Assembly: GCA_031549385.1 (NCBI GenBank)
Contig: JAVBPW010000001.1
Span: 67,348 to 131,347 of the forward strand
DNA: 64,000 nucleotides
Direction of reading: 5' to 3'
Source of the DNA: Alphaproteobacteria bacterium
GTDB lineage: Bacteria; Pseudomonadota; Alphaproteobacteria; Rs-D84; SZUA-605
The notes under the pieces are model-generated. The model saw only the letters and a program-made list of their open reading frames with translations, did not search any database and had not been told where the DNA came from. The position numbers were made by a program, and so were the translations under genes. Positions 40,567 through 50,774 of the stretch are shown in pieces (position 1 is the first letter of the stretch; the number at the start of each line of letters is the position of its first letter).

Positions 40567-42834
40567 TTATTTAAGAATCTCTCTTTTACCTGTCGGAGAG
40601 CTTGGAGAAATAATTCCCTCTTCTTCCATACGCTCAATTAAGGAAGCTGCTTTGTTATAACCTATTCTTAAATGACGTTGGATAAATGATATTGAAACCT
40701 TTTGATGCTTTCTCATTATTTCTAATGCTTCTTCATATAAATCATCATCACTACCTGAAGAATCTGATGAACCTAACATCTTGCTCATTAATGGGTCTTT
40801 CTTTTGTTCTTTTACTACATCTTCTACATAATTAGGTTTTTCTTGTTTACGTAAGAAGTTTGCTACATCAACTGCTTCTTTTTCTGTTGCAAATGGAGCA
40901 TGTACTCTTACTGTCTTTTTTCCCGCTTCCATATAAAGCATATCACCTTGTGATAATAATTGTTCAGCACCTGATTGACCTAATATTGTTGCTGAATCAA
41001 TTTTTGATATAGTTTGGAATGCAACACGATGAGGTAAGTTAGATTTAATAACACCTGTGATAACGTCTACAGATGGACGTTGAGTTGCTAATATCATATG
41101 AATTCCAGCAGCACGAGCTTTTGCTGTTAATCGTTGAATTAATACTTCTACTTCTTTTCCTGCAGTTGTCATAAGGTCTGCAAGTTCGTCTATGATTATT
41201 ACTATATATGGTAAAATATTTAATGGAATTTCTGTTTCTTCATAAATAATATTTCCTGTGTTTACGTCTATTCCTTTTTTAACTTTCTTCTTTAATTTTC
41301 TTCCAGCTGATTTTGTTGCTTGTATTTTTTCATTATAACCTTCAATATTTTTTACACCCATATGAGCCATATCAGTATAGCGCTTATCCATTTCTGCAAC
41401 TGCCCATTTCAAAGAATTAATAGCTTGTTGTGGATCGTTTACTATTGGTGTTAATAAATGAGGAATATCTTTCCAATCTATGAATTCTACTTCTTTTGGA
41501 TCAATTAAAATAAACTTACATTGTTCTGGAGTTAGCTTATATATTAATGACAAAATAACACCGCGCATGAATACAGATTTTCCTGAACCTGTTCGTCCTG
41601 CTATTAATAAATGTGGCATCTTTTCAAGTTGAACATATACACCATTTCCTGCAATATCTACTCCTAAACAAACTGGAAGTGTATAGGTTAGTTTTTTAAA
41701 TACTGTTGTATCTAATAAACTTTTTAAATATACGATTTGGCGATTTAAATTTGGAAGTTCTATACCTATCGAATCGGTTCCTGATAAGGTTGCTATTCTT
41801 AATGTGTCAATTTTCATAGCACGTGCTATATCTTCTGTTAAAGATGTTATCTTTGAAATTTTTATACCTGCTGCTGGTTTATATTCAAATAATGTTACAA
41901 CCGGACCTGTATGATATGAAGATACATTTCCATTTATTTTAAATGTTTGTAAGAAACTTTCTAAATTATAACCTATTTGCTTTATAAGTTCTGCATCCAT
42001 TTGATTGCCTTTGCTTGGCTTTGCTGTTAGCAATTCATATGGCGGAAGTTTAAACACTTGTTTGACTGGAGCTTTGTTTGATAAATCTGATGCTTTAACT
42101 TTTTCTGGTGTTAAACTATCAAGTAATTTAGAACTTGTTTGAGATAATGGTTCTTTATTTTCATCAGTTTCATCTGCCACTTCTTTTAATGTGTCATAAT
42201 CTGGAACAAAATTTCTTTTCTTAGTTTTCTTTTTAAATAAACCTACCAACCAATTATTGAATTTCCAAAAATTTGAATAAAACTTTCTTTCAAAATTTAA
42301 GAAGTCATCCCAAGTTACTGCAAATGAATAAATTAAACAGAATATAGAAAATGGTACTATTAATATTGCTAATGGATATATTATATTCATTAAACCCATT
42401 TTTTTGAATACAAAAATATATGATGATCCTAGTAAACCACCTAGTGAAAAACCTGAAAATGCATTTGGCAGAATGTTTGATAGTGTTAATACTAATGGAA
42501 ATAAAAATAGAAATAATATGAAATATAAAACTCTTATGTAACCTATTGGTTCTTTTTTTAACATTCTTTTACAAATGAAGTATAAATAAAATGAAATAGC
42601 AACAGCACTTATTCCAAAAAATATGTATAAAAATTCTAAACAATAAAATACATACCCCCAAAATGAAGGACTGAATTCTTGAGATGTTAAAAATGGATGA
42701 TTTTGAAATAAAAATGTAAAAAGAGCAACAAATGTTAATATTGATAATACAAATAAGAAGAGAATCGTTATTTTTGATATAACTTTCTTTAAAAAACTTT
42801 CATATTCATTAGGTAAGAATTGTTGCTTTGCCAT
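40567..42834 (-). CDS. ftsK: DNA translocase FtsK
   Basis: 755 aa. N-terminal polytopic domain, Pro/Ser linker, Walker A GRTGSGKS, and C-terminal gamma winged helix. Confidence 0.85.
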   Translation of the reverse strand: MAKQQFLPNEYESFLKKVISKITILFLFVLSILTFVALFTFLFQNHPFLTSQEFSPSFWGYVFYCLEFLYIFFGISAVAISFYLYFICKRMLKKEPIGYIRVLYFILFLFLFPLVLTLSNILPNAFSGFSLGGLLGSSYIFVFKKMGLMNIIYPLAILIVPFSIFCLIYSFAVTWDDFLNFERKFYSNFWKFNNWLVGLFKKKTKKRNFVPDYDTLKEVADETDENKEPLSQTSSKLLDSLTPEKVKASDLSNKAPVKQVFKLPPYELLTAKPSKGNQMDAELIKQIGYNLESFLQTFKINGNVSSYHTGPVVTLFEYKPAAGIKISKITSLTEDIARAMKIDTLRIATLSGTDSIGIELPNLNRQIVYLKSLLDTTVFKKLTYTLPVCLGVDIAGNGVYVQLEKMPHLLIAGRTGSGKSVFMRGVILSLIYKLTPEQCKFILIDPKEVEFIDWKDIPHLLTPIVNDPQQAINSLKWAVAEMDKRYTDMAHMGVKNIEGYNEKIQATKSAGRKLKKKVKKGIDVNTGNIIYEETEIPLNILPYIVIIIDELADLMTTAGKEVEVLIQRLTAKARAAGIHMILATQRPSVDVITGVIKSNLPHRVAFQTISKIDSATILGQSGAEQLLSQGDMLYMEAGKKTVRVHAPFATEKEAVDVANFLRKQEKPNYVEDVVKEQKKDPLMSKMLGSSDSSGSDDDLYEEALEIMRKHQKVSISFIQRHLRIGYNKAASLIERMEEEGIISPSSPTGKREILK

Positions 42835-42972
42835 GAGATGAATTCTAACACAAAAGTTAAAAAAATTAAAGTAAATTTGTCTTAATGACTTATTAAATTA
42901 TTAAAAAGCTTGATTTTTCTTGATAGAGGGTTTATAGTGTCAACACAAATGTATAACATATGAGGCAAAACA

Positions 42973-43182
42973 ATGAAAAAAAACGTGCACCCAGAATACC
43001 ATCAAATTGAAGTTACTACTACTGATGGAAAGAAAGTAAAAATGTTTTCTACTGTGAAAAAGGACTTAGTTCTTGATACTGACCCTTTAACACATATCGC
43101 TTGGACTAAGGTGAAAAAACAAGGTTCTACTAAAGGTCAAGCTGATAAATTTAATAAGAAATATGGATCTTTTGGTATATAA
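42973..43182 (+). CDS. rpmE: 50S ribosomal protein L31
   Basis: 69 aa. MKKNVHPEYHQIEVTTTDGKK matches the L31 N-terminus. Confidence 0.7.
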   Translation: MKKNVHPEYHQIEVTTTDGKKVKMFSTVKKDLVLDTDPLTHIAWTKVKKQGSTKGQADKFNKKYGSFGI

Positions 43183-43316
43183 TTACTAAAAGCAGCAGAA
43201 TTTTAGCCCAAGTACTTCTTGGGCTTTTGTTGTTTATTGAGTTATAATCTGCTTATATTAAAGCGACTCTTTAAAAATCTTGACAAATGGCTAAAAATTT
43301 GATTAAATACCGGTAT

Positions 43317-43871
43317 ATGATAAAAAAAGGACTTGAAAAATTGACTACTCAAACTTGGACACCAAAAAAAATAGCAAAATTAAGAGAACTTTGGGATAAA
43401 GGACTTTCTACTTCCGAAATTGGAAAAAAACTTGGAGTTACAAAAAACTCTGTTGTTGGTAAAGCTCATAGATTAGAGCTTGATGCTCGTATGTCACCTA
43501 TTAAGACACAATCTGATAAAAAAGAAAAAGTTGAAAAAAAATCTAAGAAACCAGAACTTAAAGTGGTTGAAAAAATTACTCCTAAAAAAGCTGAGCCTAA
43601 AATTAAGGTCGTTGAAGAAATCGAAGAAGAAGATTTTGAAATTGAAGAACTTTCGTCAAAAAAAGGTAAAAAAGACGATCATAAAGGAGTTAATATTACT
43701 CAACTTAAACTTGGTATGTGCAGATGGCCTATTGGAGATCCTAAATCAAAAGATTTTCATTTTTGTGGAAGACCGACTTTTAAAAGCAAACCATACTGCT
43801 TAGAACATACTGTTGTTGCTTATATACCTAAAAATACAAAGGAAAAGAAAGATGGAAAGAACTCCGCTTAA
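43317..43871 (+). CDS. gcrA: Cell-cycle transcriptional regulator GcrA (possibly leaderless; alternative start 43287)
   Basis: WTPKKIAKLRELWDKGLSTSEIGKKLG...NSVVGKAHRL N-domain and C-terminal CRWPIGDP...FHFCG. The TTGACA-17-TTAAAT promoter places the TSS at the ATG 43317. Confidence 0.7.
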   Translation: MIKKGLEKLTTQTWTPKKIAKLRELWDKGLSTSEIGKKLGVTKNSVVGKAHRLELDARMSPIKTQSDKKEKVEKKSKKPELKVVEKITPKKAEPKIKVVEEIEEEDFEIEELSSKKGKKDDHKGVNITQLKLGMCRWPIGDPKSKDFHFCGRPTFKSKPYCLEHTVVAYIPKNTKEKKDGKNSA

Positions 43872-45336
43872 TACTGGGGATGTGTATTATCAAGAATATA
43901 AAAATGAAAGATTTTCTTTCAAAGCATATTTTCACCAAGATAAATTAATTTTTGTTATTGATGAAACTCAAGATAATATATCACCAAATAAGCGCCTTAT
44001 CATCAACCCTTTACCTGGTGAAGAAGTTTTAGAAAATGTTACTACTAAATGGGATGTTATTTTAGAACAAGTGTATAAACTTGATTTAAATGAGATCAGA
44101 CCTAAAAAAGATAATCTGTTTGAAAAGTTAGATATTGAATATAACGGACTTAATATTTATGAAGATTATATCAATAATCCTTCTAATGAAATATTTGAAA
44201 GCCGAATCATTATTAATAAAGAAAAAAATGCTTTAACTAATTGTTTGAAAAGACTTTCAGAAGAAACAGAAATTTTAAATAAATCTAAAACAACCGTTGA
44301 AATTACTAAAAAAACTTTAACTGTTGCTATTGAACAAACTGCGATAGTTTCTAATAAATTGAAAAACTATAAAAAAGATTCATCAAAAACACCTGAACAA
44401 GTTAATAAAGTTTCTACTCAAGTTTATAATGCTATTAAAACTGAAAAAATGCGTGATAAGAGATTAAAGAAAGCTCGAACACGTGTTGAAAAATCTGAAG
44501 CTGAAATTAGACATCTTAATACAATACTTCCTATTATAAAAAGTAAGTTAAGCCAACACCCTAAAATGGAAGTAGACTTTATATATAATAATGACAGATT
44601 TTCACAAAGACCTGTTTATGAAGAACCTGTTCAAGAAGAAGAAGCTCCAAAATATGAGCCTAAATACGTTGCACCTGAGGTAGAAAAACCAGTTGCTGCT
44701 AATGAAGACATTATGGAAACTTTACGAAGAATCGAAGAAACTATAAATGAAGTAAAAGTTGAAAAGGAAGATACTCCAAGACCAACTTTTTATCAAATAG
44801 AAGAAGAAATAAGAAAAGTTGAACCATATGACTTTAAACAAGAAAACGTTGTTGAAGAATCTAAAGAAGAACATTTTCCAGGAGATGGACATGCCCATAG
44901 TTGGATTATGGATACTTATAATAATGGAAAAGAGGAAAATCTTCCTGTTGTTGAAGAACCTTATGTACCAGAATACAAACCTGAACCAGTTCCTGAATAT
45001 AAACCAGAACCACAACCTGTTTATGAAGAACCTGTTTGGGTAAAAGAAGAAACTCTTCCTGTTGTTGAGGAACCTATACTTCCTCCTGAGCCTATATATG
45101 CTGATCCTATTAAAGAATCTGTACCGGAAGTTGTTAATGTGGTTGTACCTCAAATACCTGAAGAAGTAAAAGTTGAAGCGAAAACTCAAAATAAGATTAT
45201 GGAAGTTGATATAGAACTATGGCTTTATATATTCTTAAGCTTTTTACTTACTATATTTATATTTTCTGGTATTTATTTAAATAACAGAAACATTGAAAAT
45301 CAACAAGATTTTGTTAGTGAAATAGTAGAAAAATAA
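43852..45336 (+). CDS. Pro/Glu-rich coiled-coil protein with C-terminal TM anchor (495 aa)
   Basis: Overlaps the gcrA 3' end by 20 nt. EYKPEP tandem repeats and PVVEEP repeats. C-terminal LWLYIFLSFLLTIFIFSGIYL. Confidence 0.45.
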   Translation: MERTPLNTGDVYYQEYKNERFSFKAYFHQDKLIFVIDETQDNISPNKRLIINPLPGEEVLENVTTKWDVILEQVYKLDLNEIRPKKDNLFEKLDIEYNGLNIYEDYINNPSNEIFESRIIINKEKNALTNCLKRLSEETEILNKSKTTVEITKKTLTVAIEQTAIVSNKLKNYKKDSSKTPEQVNKVSTQVYNAIKTEKMRDKRLKKARTRVEKSEAEIRHLNTILPIIKSKLSQHPKMEVDFIYNNDRFSQRPVYEEPVQEEEAPKYEPKYVAPEVEKPVAANEDIMETLRRIEETINEVKVEKEDTPRPTFYQIEEEIRKVEPYDFKQENVVEESKEEHFPGDGHAHSWIMDTYNNGKEENLPVVEEPYVPEYKPEPVPEYKPEPQPVYEEPVWVKEETLPVVEEPILPPEPIYADPIKESVPEVVNVVVPQIPEEVKVEAKTQNKIMEVDIELWLYIFLSFLLTIFIFSGIYLNNRNIENQQDFVSEIVEK

Positions 45337-45394
45337 TATACTTGAAAAAACTGAAAAAATATGTAGTATTTTACCTAAAGGATGAAAAAATAAG

Positions 45395-45676
45395 ATGAAG
45401 AGATCTGATTTAGTAGAATTTTTATGGAAAAAAAATAAAGATTTGACCTACAATGAAGTTGAAAAAATCGTTCGTGTTACTTTTGCGTTTATGAGCGAAA
45501 ACTTGAAAGAAAATAATAGGATTGAGTTACGTGGCTTTGGAATATTCGAACCTCGTAATAAAATAGCTTATTTAGCTCACAATCCAAAGACTGGTGAAAA
45601 AATAAATATTTCATCATCTTCTTCAGTGAATTTCAAACTTGGAAAAGATCTTTTTAAGAGCTTAAATCAAAATTAA
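45395..45676 (+). CDS. ihfB: Integration host factor subunit (beta-like, HU fold)
   Basis: 93 aa. The RIELRGFGIFEPR...HNPKTGEKI arm motif is closest to IHF-beta (RIEIRGFGSF). Confidence 0.6.
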   Translation: MKRSDLVEFLWKKNKDLTYNEVEKIVRVTFAFMSENLKENNRIELRGFGIFEPRNKIAYLAHNPKTGEKINISSSSSVNFKLGKDLFKSLNQN

Positions 45677-45681
45677 AAAAT

Positions 45682-46524
45682 ATGCCAAATTCAAAATTAC
45701 CATTATTACCTGATGAAAAACACACCAATCTTGAGAAAGGTTTGTGGATTGTTTGTAAAAAATGCGGTGAACGTATATTCGCCCCATCTTTTGAAAAAAA
45801 TTTAAATGTATGTCCTAAGTGTAATTATTATTACCCTATGCGACCTGAACCTCGTTTCGATATGATGTTTGATGACAGTGAATACACTGTTCTTAGAGAT
45901 CCTATGTTAAAGGATAATCCTTTGGGGTTTGTTGATACAAAAAGTTATACAGAACGTTTGAAAGATTACAGAAAAACAACTGGATACCCTGATGGTGCTA
46001 ATAGTGCTTTAGGAAACATTAATGGAGTTAAAACTGTTGTTTGGGTTTTAAATTTTGACTTTATGGGTGGTTCTATGGGACGATTTGTAGGGGAAAGTTT
46101 CTTAAAATCAGTTGAAATGGCTTTAAAAAATAATGCTGCTTTTGTTGCTTTTGTTGCTTCTGGTGGTGCTCGTATGCAAGAAGGTGTTTTATCTTTGATG
46201 CAAATGGCAAGAACTACACTTGGAGTTTCAAATTTGAAAAAAGCTGGTTTACCTTATATCGTAGTACTTACTAATCCAACTATGGGTGGAGTTACTGCTT
46301 CTTTTGCTATGCTTGGCGATGTTGCTATTGCAGAAGAAGGTGCAGAAATTGGTTTTGCAGGTAAACGTGTTATTGAAAATACTATTAAGAAAAAATTACC
46401 GGAAGATTTTCAAACTTCTGAATATTTGCAAAAACACGGAGTAGTCGATATAGTTATTAAACGTAAAGACGAAAAAGAAGTAATTGGAAATATCTTATCT
46501 ATTTTAACTAAAAAGAAGGTTTAA
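45682..46524 (+). CDS. accD: Acetyl-CoA carboxylase carboxyltransferase subunit beta
   Basis: N-terminal C4 zinc finger CKKCGERIF...CPKCNYY, then carboxyltransferase domain. Confidence 0.85.
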   Translation: MPNSKLPLLPDEKHTNLEKGLWIVCKKCGERIFAPSFEKNLNVCPKCNYYYPMRPEPRFDMMFDDSEYTVLRDPMLKDNPLGFVDTKSYTERLKDYRKTTGYPDGANSALGNINGVKTVVWVLNFDFMGGSMGRFVGESFLKSVEMALKNNAAFVAFVASGGARMQEGVLSLMQMARTTLGVSNLKKAGLPYIVVLTNPTMGGVTASFAMLGDVAIAEEGAEIGFAGKRVIENTIKKKLPEDFQTSEYLQKHGVVDIVIKRKDEKEVIGNILSILTKKKV

Positions 46525-46526
46525 AT

Positions 46527-47447
46527 ATGAATTTAACTTTTGAAAAACAAATTCAAGAAATTGACACTAAAATTGAAAATGTTGATAAAGATAGCCAAGA
46601 ATATAAAGACTTGGTTGATGAAAAAAATGAAAAATTAAAAGAAGTTTTTTCTAATCTTACACCTTGGGATAGAGTTACTATTTCAAGACATTCTGACAGA
46701 CCTCATACTATTGATTATATCAATCAATTATTTACCGACTTCGTTGAATTAAGCGGAGATAGATATTTTGGCGATGATAATGCTATTATCGGAGGAATTG
46801 CAAGATTTTATGGTACTGAAGTTATGATTATTGGACAAGAAAAAGGTCACGATATTGAAACTAGACAAAAACATAATTTTGGTATGCCGAATCCAGAAGG
46901 ATACAGAAAAGCTATCAGACTTATGGATCTTGCAGACAGATTTGGATTACCTATTATTACTTTTGTTGATACATCGGGAGCATATCCAGGATTAGAAGCT
47001 GAAGAAAGAGGACAAGCTGAAGCTATTGCTCGTGCTATTGAAAAATGTTTAGACGTTTCTGTTCCACTTATTTCTGTTGTTATTGGTGAAGGTGGAAGTG
47101 GTGGAGCTTTGGCTATTTCTGTTGCTAATAAAATTATCATGCTTGAAAATTCAGTTTACTCTGTTATTTCACCTGAAGGTTGTTCAAGTATTTTATGGAA
47201 AGACGCAGATCATAAAGAAACTGCTGCTAATTGCTTGAAGCTTACTGCTCAAGATTTATTAAAGTTAAAAGTTATTGACCGAATCGTTAAAGAACCTTTA
47301 GGAGGAGCTCATACTAACAGAGAAGAAACTGTTAGACGTGTTAAAAAAGCTATTATGGATGAACTTTATTTATTGCAACAATTACCAAGAGAAAAAATTA
47401 TTGCTCAAAAAGTGAATAAGTTCACAGTTATGACAAAGGAATTCTAA
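46527..47447 (+). CDS. accA: Acetyl-CoA carboxylase carboxyltransferase subunit alpha
   Basis: 306 aa. [23 protein letters not shown] motif. Confidence 0.85.
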   Translation: MNLTFEKQIQEIDTKIENVDKDSQEYKDLVDEKNEKLKEVFSNLTPWDRVTISRHSDRPHTIDYINQLFTDFVELSGDRYFGDDNAIIGGIARFYGTEVMIIGQEKGHDIETRQKHNFGMPNPEGYRKAIRLMDLADRFGLPIITFVDTSGAYPGLEAEERGQAEAIARAIEKCLDVSVPLISVVIGEGGSGGALAISVANKIIMLENSVYSVISPEGCSSILWKDADHKETAANCLKLTAQDLLKLKVIDRIVKEPLGGAHTNREETVRRVKKAIMDELYLLQQLPREKIIAQKVNKFTVMTKEF

Positions 47448-47448
47448 T

Positions 47449-49704
47449 ATGAAAAAAGAAGAAAAAATATCTCTTCGAATAAGAGTAAAACATTCAATAA
47501 AGCACTTCAAAAAATTTTTAGGTGATAGAATTCGAGGAATTTTATACCACGCTCTTAGGGGAATACTTAAAATAGTATTCTCTTTACTTTATAAGATACA
47601 AGTTAAAGGACTTGAAAATCTTAAAAATTTAGGAGACAGAAACGTTATGGTTTCAAATCACGTTTCATCACTTGATCCTATATTACTTGCTCTTTATTTA
47701 CCAGGAAGACCTATTTTTGCTTTGAACAGAGAAGTTGCTAATAAATGGTGGGTAAGACCTGTGCTTGCTTTATCTGATGTGTTTGAAATTGATCCTACTA
47801 ATTCCTTCCACATAAATACTTTGATTAAAAAAGTTAAAGAAGGAAGAAATTTATTAATTTTCTCTGAAGGAAGAATTTCTGAAACTAATACTTTAATGAA
47901 AATTTATGAAGCACCTGGACTTATTGCTGATAAAGCTAAGGCCGATATTGTTCCTATTATGATTGATGGAGCACAACATACTCATTTTTCTAAAATGAAA
48001 GGTAAATTAACATTAAAATTATTTCCTAAACTTTCTATTACTGTTTTTGAAAAAAGAAAATTAAAATTAAAAGAAGAAGATTTAAGAACTCGACGTGATG
48101 AAATTGCTGAACAATTGTTTCACATAATGGCTGATTGTTTATTTTATTCTAATCCTTTTATGAAACAACCTTTGTTTGAAGCTTTAGTTGAAACTGGCGG
48201 AAATTATGGAAGCCAAGGATTTCTTAGAAAAATTAATATCCTTGAAGACCAAAATAGAAAACCTATGAGTTATGATAAACTTATAATAAGTGCACATGTA
48301 CTTGGTGGAAAGTTAATTAAGAAATTTGATAAAGGTGAAATAGTTGGGTTACTTATGCCTAATACTCTTGCAACTGTTGCAGCTTTTTATGGATTCCAAG
48401 CTTATGGTATTGTTCCTGCTATGATAAATTTTTCAAGCGGTGTTGAAAATATTCTTTCCGCTTGTAAGGCTGCTAAAGTTAAAAGAATTGTTACTGCGAA
48501 AGCTTTTATTATTCAAGGTGAACTTGAGTACTTAATTGATGCTTTAAAAGAAAAAGATTTTGAAATTGTTTATTTAGAAGATATTGGAAAAACAGTTAGT
48601 ACATGGGATAAAATTTATGGATTACTACTTGCTAAATTTAAAATTATTCCATCTGATGTTCGTAATACTGATCCTGCTGTTATTTTATTTACATCTGGAT
48701 CTGAAGGTAAGCCTAAAGGTGTAGTTTTAAGTCACCAAAATCTTTTAGCAAATATTGCTCAAGTTAAATGTGCTATTTCATTTAACCAAACTGATGCATT
48801 GTTTAATGCATTGCCTATGTTCCATTCATTTGGACTTACTATTGGAACATTGTTGCCTCTTTATGTGGGGATTAAATGTTTCTTATACCCTACTCCACTT
48901 CACTATAAAGTTATTCCACAATTGTTCTATGAAATAGGAGCTACTGTTTTAATCGGTACAGATACTTTTATGAGAGCTTATGCTGAAAATGCTCATGCCT
49001 ATGATTTTTATAACATGAAATATGCTGTGCTTGGTGGTGAAAAACAAAAGAAAGAAACTACTGCAATTTATGCTGAAAAATTTGGTATGAGAATTATTGA
49101 AGGATATGGCGCAACTGAATGTTCCCCTCTTATCTCTGTTAATACACCTATGTACTTTAAAAAAGGCTCAGTTGGAAAAGCTTGTGCTGGTATGGAATCT
49201 AAATTAAGAAAAATTGATGGAATCGATGAAGGTGGAGAATTATTAGTTAGAGGTCCAAACGTTATGCTTGGATACTTTAAGGAAAATGAACCTGGATTAC
49301 TTTTACCTCCTGATAATGGTTGGTATGATACTGGTGATATTGTTGATATGGACGAACGTGGATTTATTACTATTAAAGGACGTGCTAAAAGATTTGCTAA
49401 AATTGCAGGTGAAATGGTTTCATTAACTGCTGTTGAAGATTTGGTTAATTCTATTTGGAGTGGTGAAGAAATTAATCATGCTGTTATTGCAGTTCCTGAT
49501 GATAAAAAAGGTGAACGTTTAATACTGGTAACTAGTGCTAAAAACGCTGCTGTAGATGAAATTATTAAAGTAGGAAAAGAACGCGGTTTGAATGAACTTA
49601 TGTATCCTAAGACTATTGAAATATGGGATGAAGTTCCAAAAATGCCTACTGGTAAAATAGACTATATGAAAGTTATGAATATTTATTATTCTAAACAAAA
49701 ATAA
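47449..49704 (+). CDS. aas: Bifunctional 2-acylglycerophosphoethanolamine acyltransferase / acyl-ACP synthetase (Aas-like)
   Basis: 751 aa. N-terminal PlsC HxxxxD (NHVSSLDP) plus C-terminal AMP-binding domain (TSGSEGKPKGVVLSH). Confidence 0.75.
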   Translation: MKKEEKISLRIRVKHSIKHFKKFLGDRIRGILYHALRGILKIVFSLLYKIQVKGLENLKNLGDRNVMVSNHVSSLDPILLALYLPGRPIFALNREVANKWWVRPVLALSDVFEIDPTNSFHINTLIKKVKEGRNLLIFSEGRISETNTLMKIYEAPGLIADKAKADIVPIMIDGAQHTHFSKMKGKLTLKLFPKLSITVFEKRKLKLKEEDLRTRRDEIAEQLFHIMADCLFYSNPFMKQPLFEALVETGGNYGSQGFLRKINILEDQNRKPMSYDKLIISAHVLGGKLIKKFDKGEIVGLLMPNTLATVAAFYGFQAYGIVPAMINFSSGVENILSACKAAKVKRIVTAKAFIIQGELEYLIDALKEKDFEIVYLEDIGKTVSTWDKIYGLLLAKFKIIPSDVRNTDPAVILFTSGSEGKPKGVVLSHQNLLANIAQVKCAISFNQTDALFNALPMFHSFGLTIGTLLPLYVGIKCFLYPTPLHYKVIPQLFYEIGATVLIGTDTFMRAYAENAHAYDFYNMKYAVLGGEKQKKETTAIYAEKFGMRIIEGYGATECSPLISVNTPMYFKKGSVGKACAGMESKLRKIDGIDEGGELLVRGPNVMLGYFKENEPGLLLPPDNGWYDTGDIVDMDERGFITIKGRAKRFAKIAGEMVSLTAVEDLVNSIWSGEEINHAVIAVPDDKKGERLILVTSAKNAAVDEIIKVGKERGLNELMYPKTIEIWDEVPKMPTGKIDYMKVMNIYYSKQK

Positions 49705-49827
49705 CTAACTTGAAGGTTTGTATTAAAAAGGGTTTGATTTTTTCAAACTCTTTTTAATTTTTTTGTTCTTGCATTTGATTGAAAAACCTTTAAGATTCTT
49801 TTTGTTAATAAACAAAGGAGAAAGAAA

Positions 49828-50670
49828 ATGTATTTATCAACATGTGGAGCTATTTGCTTAGTTGCTGGATTTGCAATTATCGCAGGCTCAAAATTATACT
49901 ACCGTAAAAAAGAAAAACAAAAAGGATTTGATAAAAGTTCTACAAAACACGTGTTGTGCAGAGCTTTAGTTAAAACTATTGCTATCTTTTTAATTGCTTA
50001 TGCTGCTGTTAGACCTTATATGATGGCTAATACTAACATATTGCAAGATATGATTGTTAAAGCTCAAGAAGAAGCTTCAAAAGAACAAACAAAAAAAATA
50101 AATGACTACGTTTCTAAAAATAAAAAAGAAATGGAAGAAAATGCACCAATCGCTGGAAATCCAAATGGCGATGTAGTTATCTATGAATATTTTGACTATA
50201 CATGTTCTGCATGTAAAATGGCTGAAAAATTCGTAGAAGAATTAATTGCTAAAGATAAAAACGTTAAAGTTGTTTTAAAGAACTACCCAATACGTTCATA
50301 TTCTTTTGTTGCTGCTCAAGCTGCTATTGCTGCTAAAATGCAATCAAATGAAAAGGCTGCTGCATTACATAAGAAAATGATTAATGGAAATATCATACCT
50401 GCAAACTTCTCACAAAACTGGGATGAAAAAACTCAAGATAAAGAATTCAAAAGAGTTGTTTTCAACTATGCTAAAGAAGCTGGCTTAGATATCGACCAAC
50501 TTGAAAAAGATATGGCTAGTGAAACAGTTATGAAAGAATTACAACAAACAAGAGTATCTGGAAATACATTCGGATTAGAAGGAACACCATTCTTTGTAAT
50601 CGGAAAGAAATTCTTCCCAGGTGCATTGACAATTGATGAATTAGAAAAAGCTGTAAAACAAGCTAGATAA
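49828..50670 (+). CDS. DsbA-like thiol:disulfide oxidoreductase with N-terminal membrane anchor
   Basis: CSAC active-site motif (YFDYTCSACKM) in a thioredoxin-fold context. N-terminal TM. Confidence 0.6.
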   Translation: MYLSTCGAICLVAGFAIIAGSKLYYRKKEKQKGFDKSSTKHVLCRALVKTIAIFLIAYAAVRPYMMANTNILQDMIVKAQEEASKEQTKKINDYVSKNKKEMEENAPIAGNPNGDVVIYEYFDYTCSACKMAEKFVEELIAKDKNVKVVLKNYPIRSYSFVAAQAAIAAKMQSNEKAAALHKKMINGNIIPANFSQNWDEKTQDKEFKRVVFNYAKEAGLDIDQLEKDMASETVMKELQQTRVSGNTFGLEGTPFFVIGKKFFPGALTIDELEKAVKQAR

Positions 50671-50689
50671 TTCTGAAGTTGAAATAATT

Positions 50690-50716
50690 TTAAAACTCTT
50701 CGAAAGAAGAGTTTTT
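50690..50716 (+). terminator. Rho-independent terminator (aaaactcttcgaaagaagagtttttt)
   Basis: Perfect hairpin plus T-run after the dsbA-like gene. Confidence 0.7.
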
Positions 50717-50774
50717 TATTGTATTTTTTTTCTTTTTTTTGTATAATTACTGCAGCTATGCTGGGAGAAAATTT

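Noticed and set aside
44722-45189. 155-aa minus-strand ORF antisense to the Pro-rich protein gene
   Set aside because: Extremely biased F/R/N composition, caused by reading the GAA/CCT-rich sense strand in reverse. No SD.
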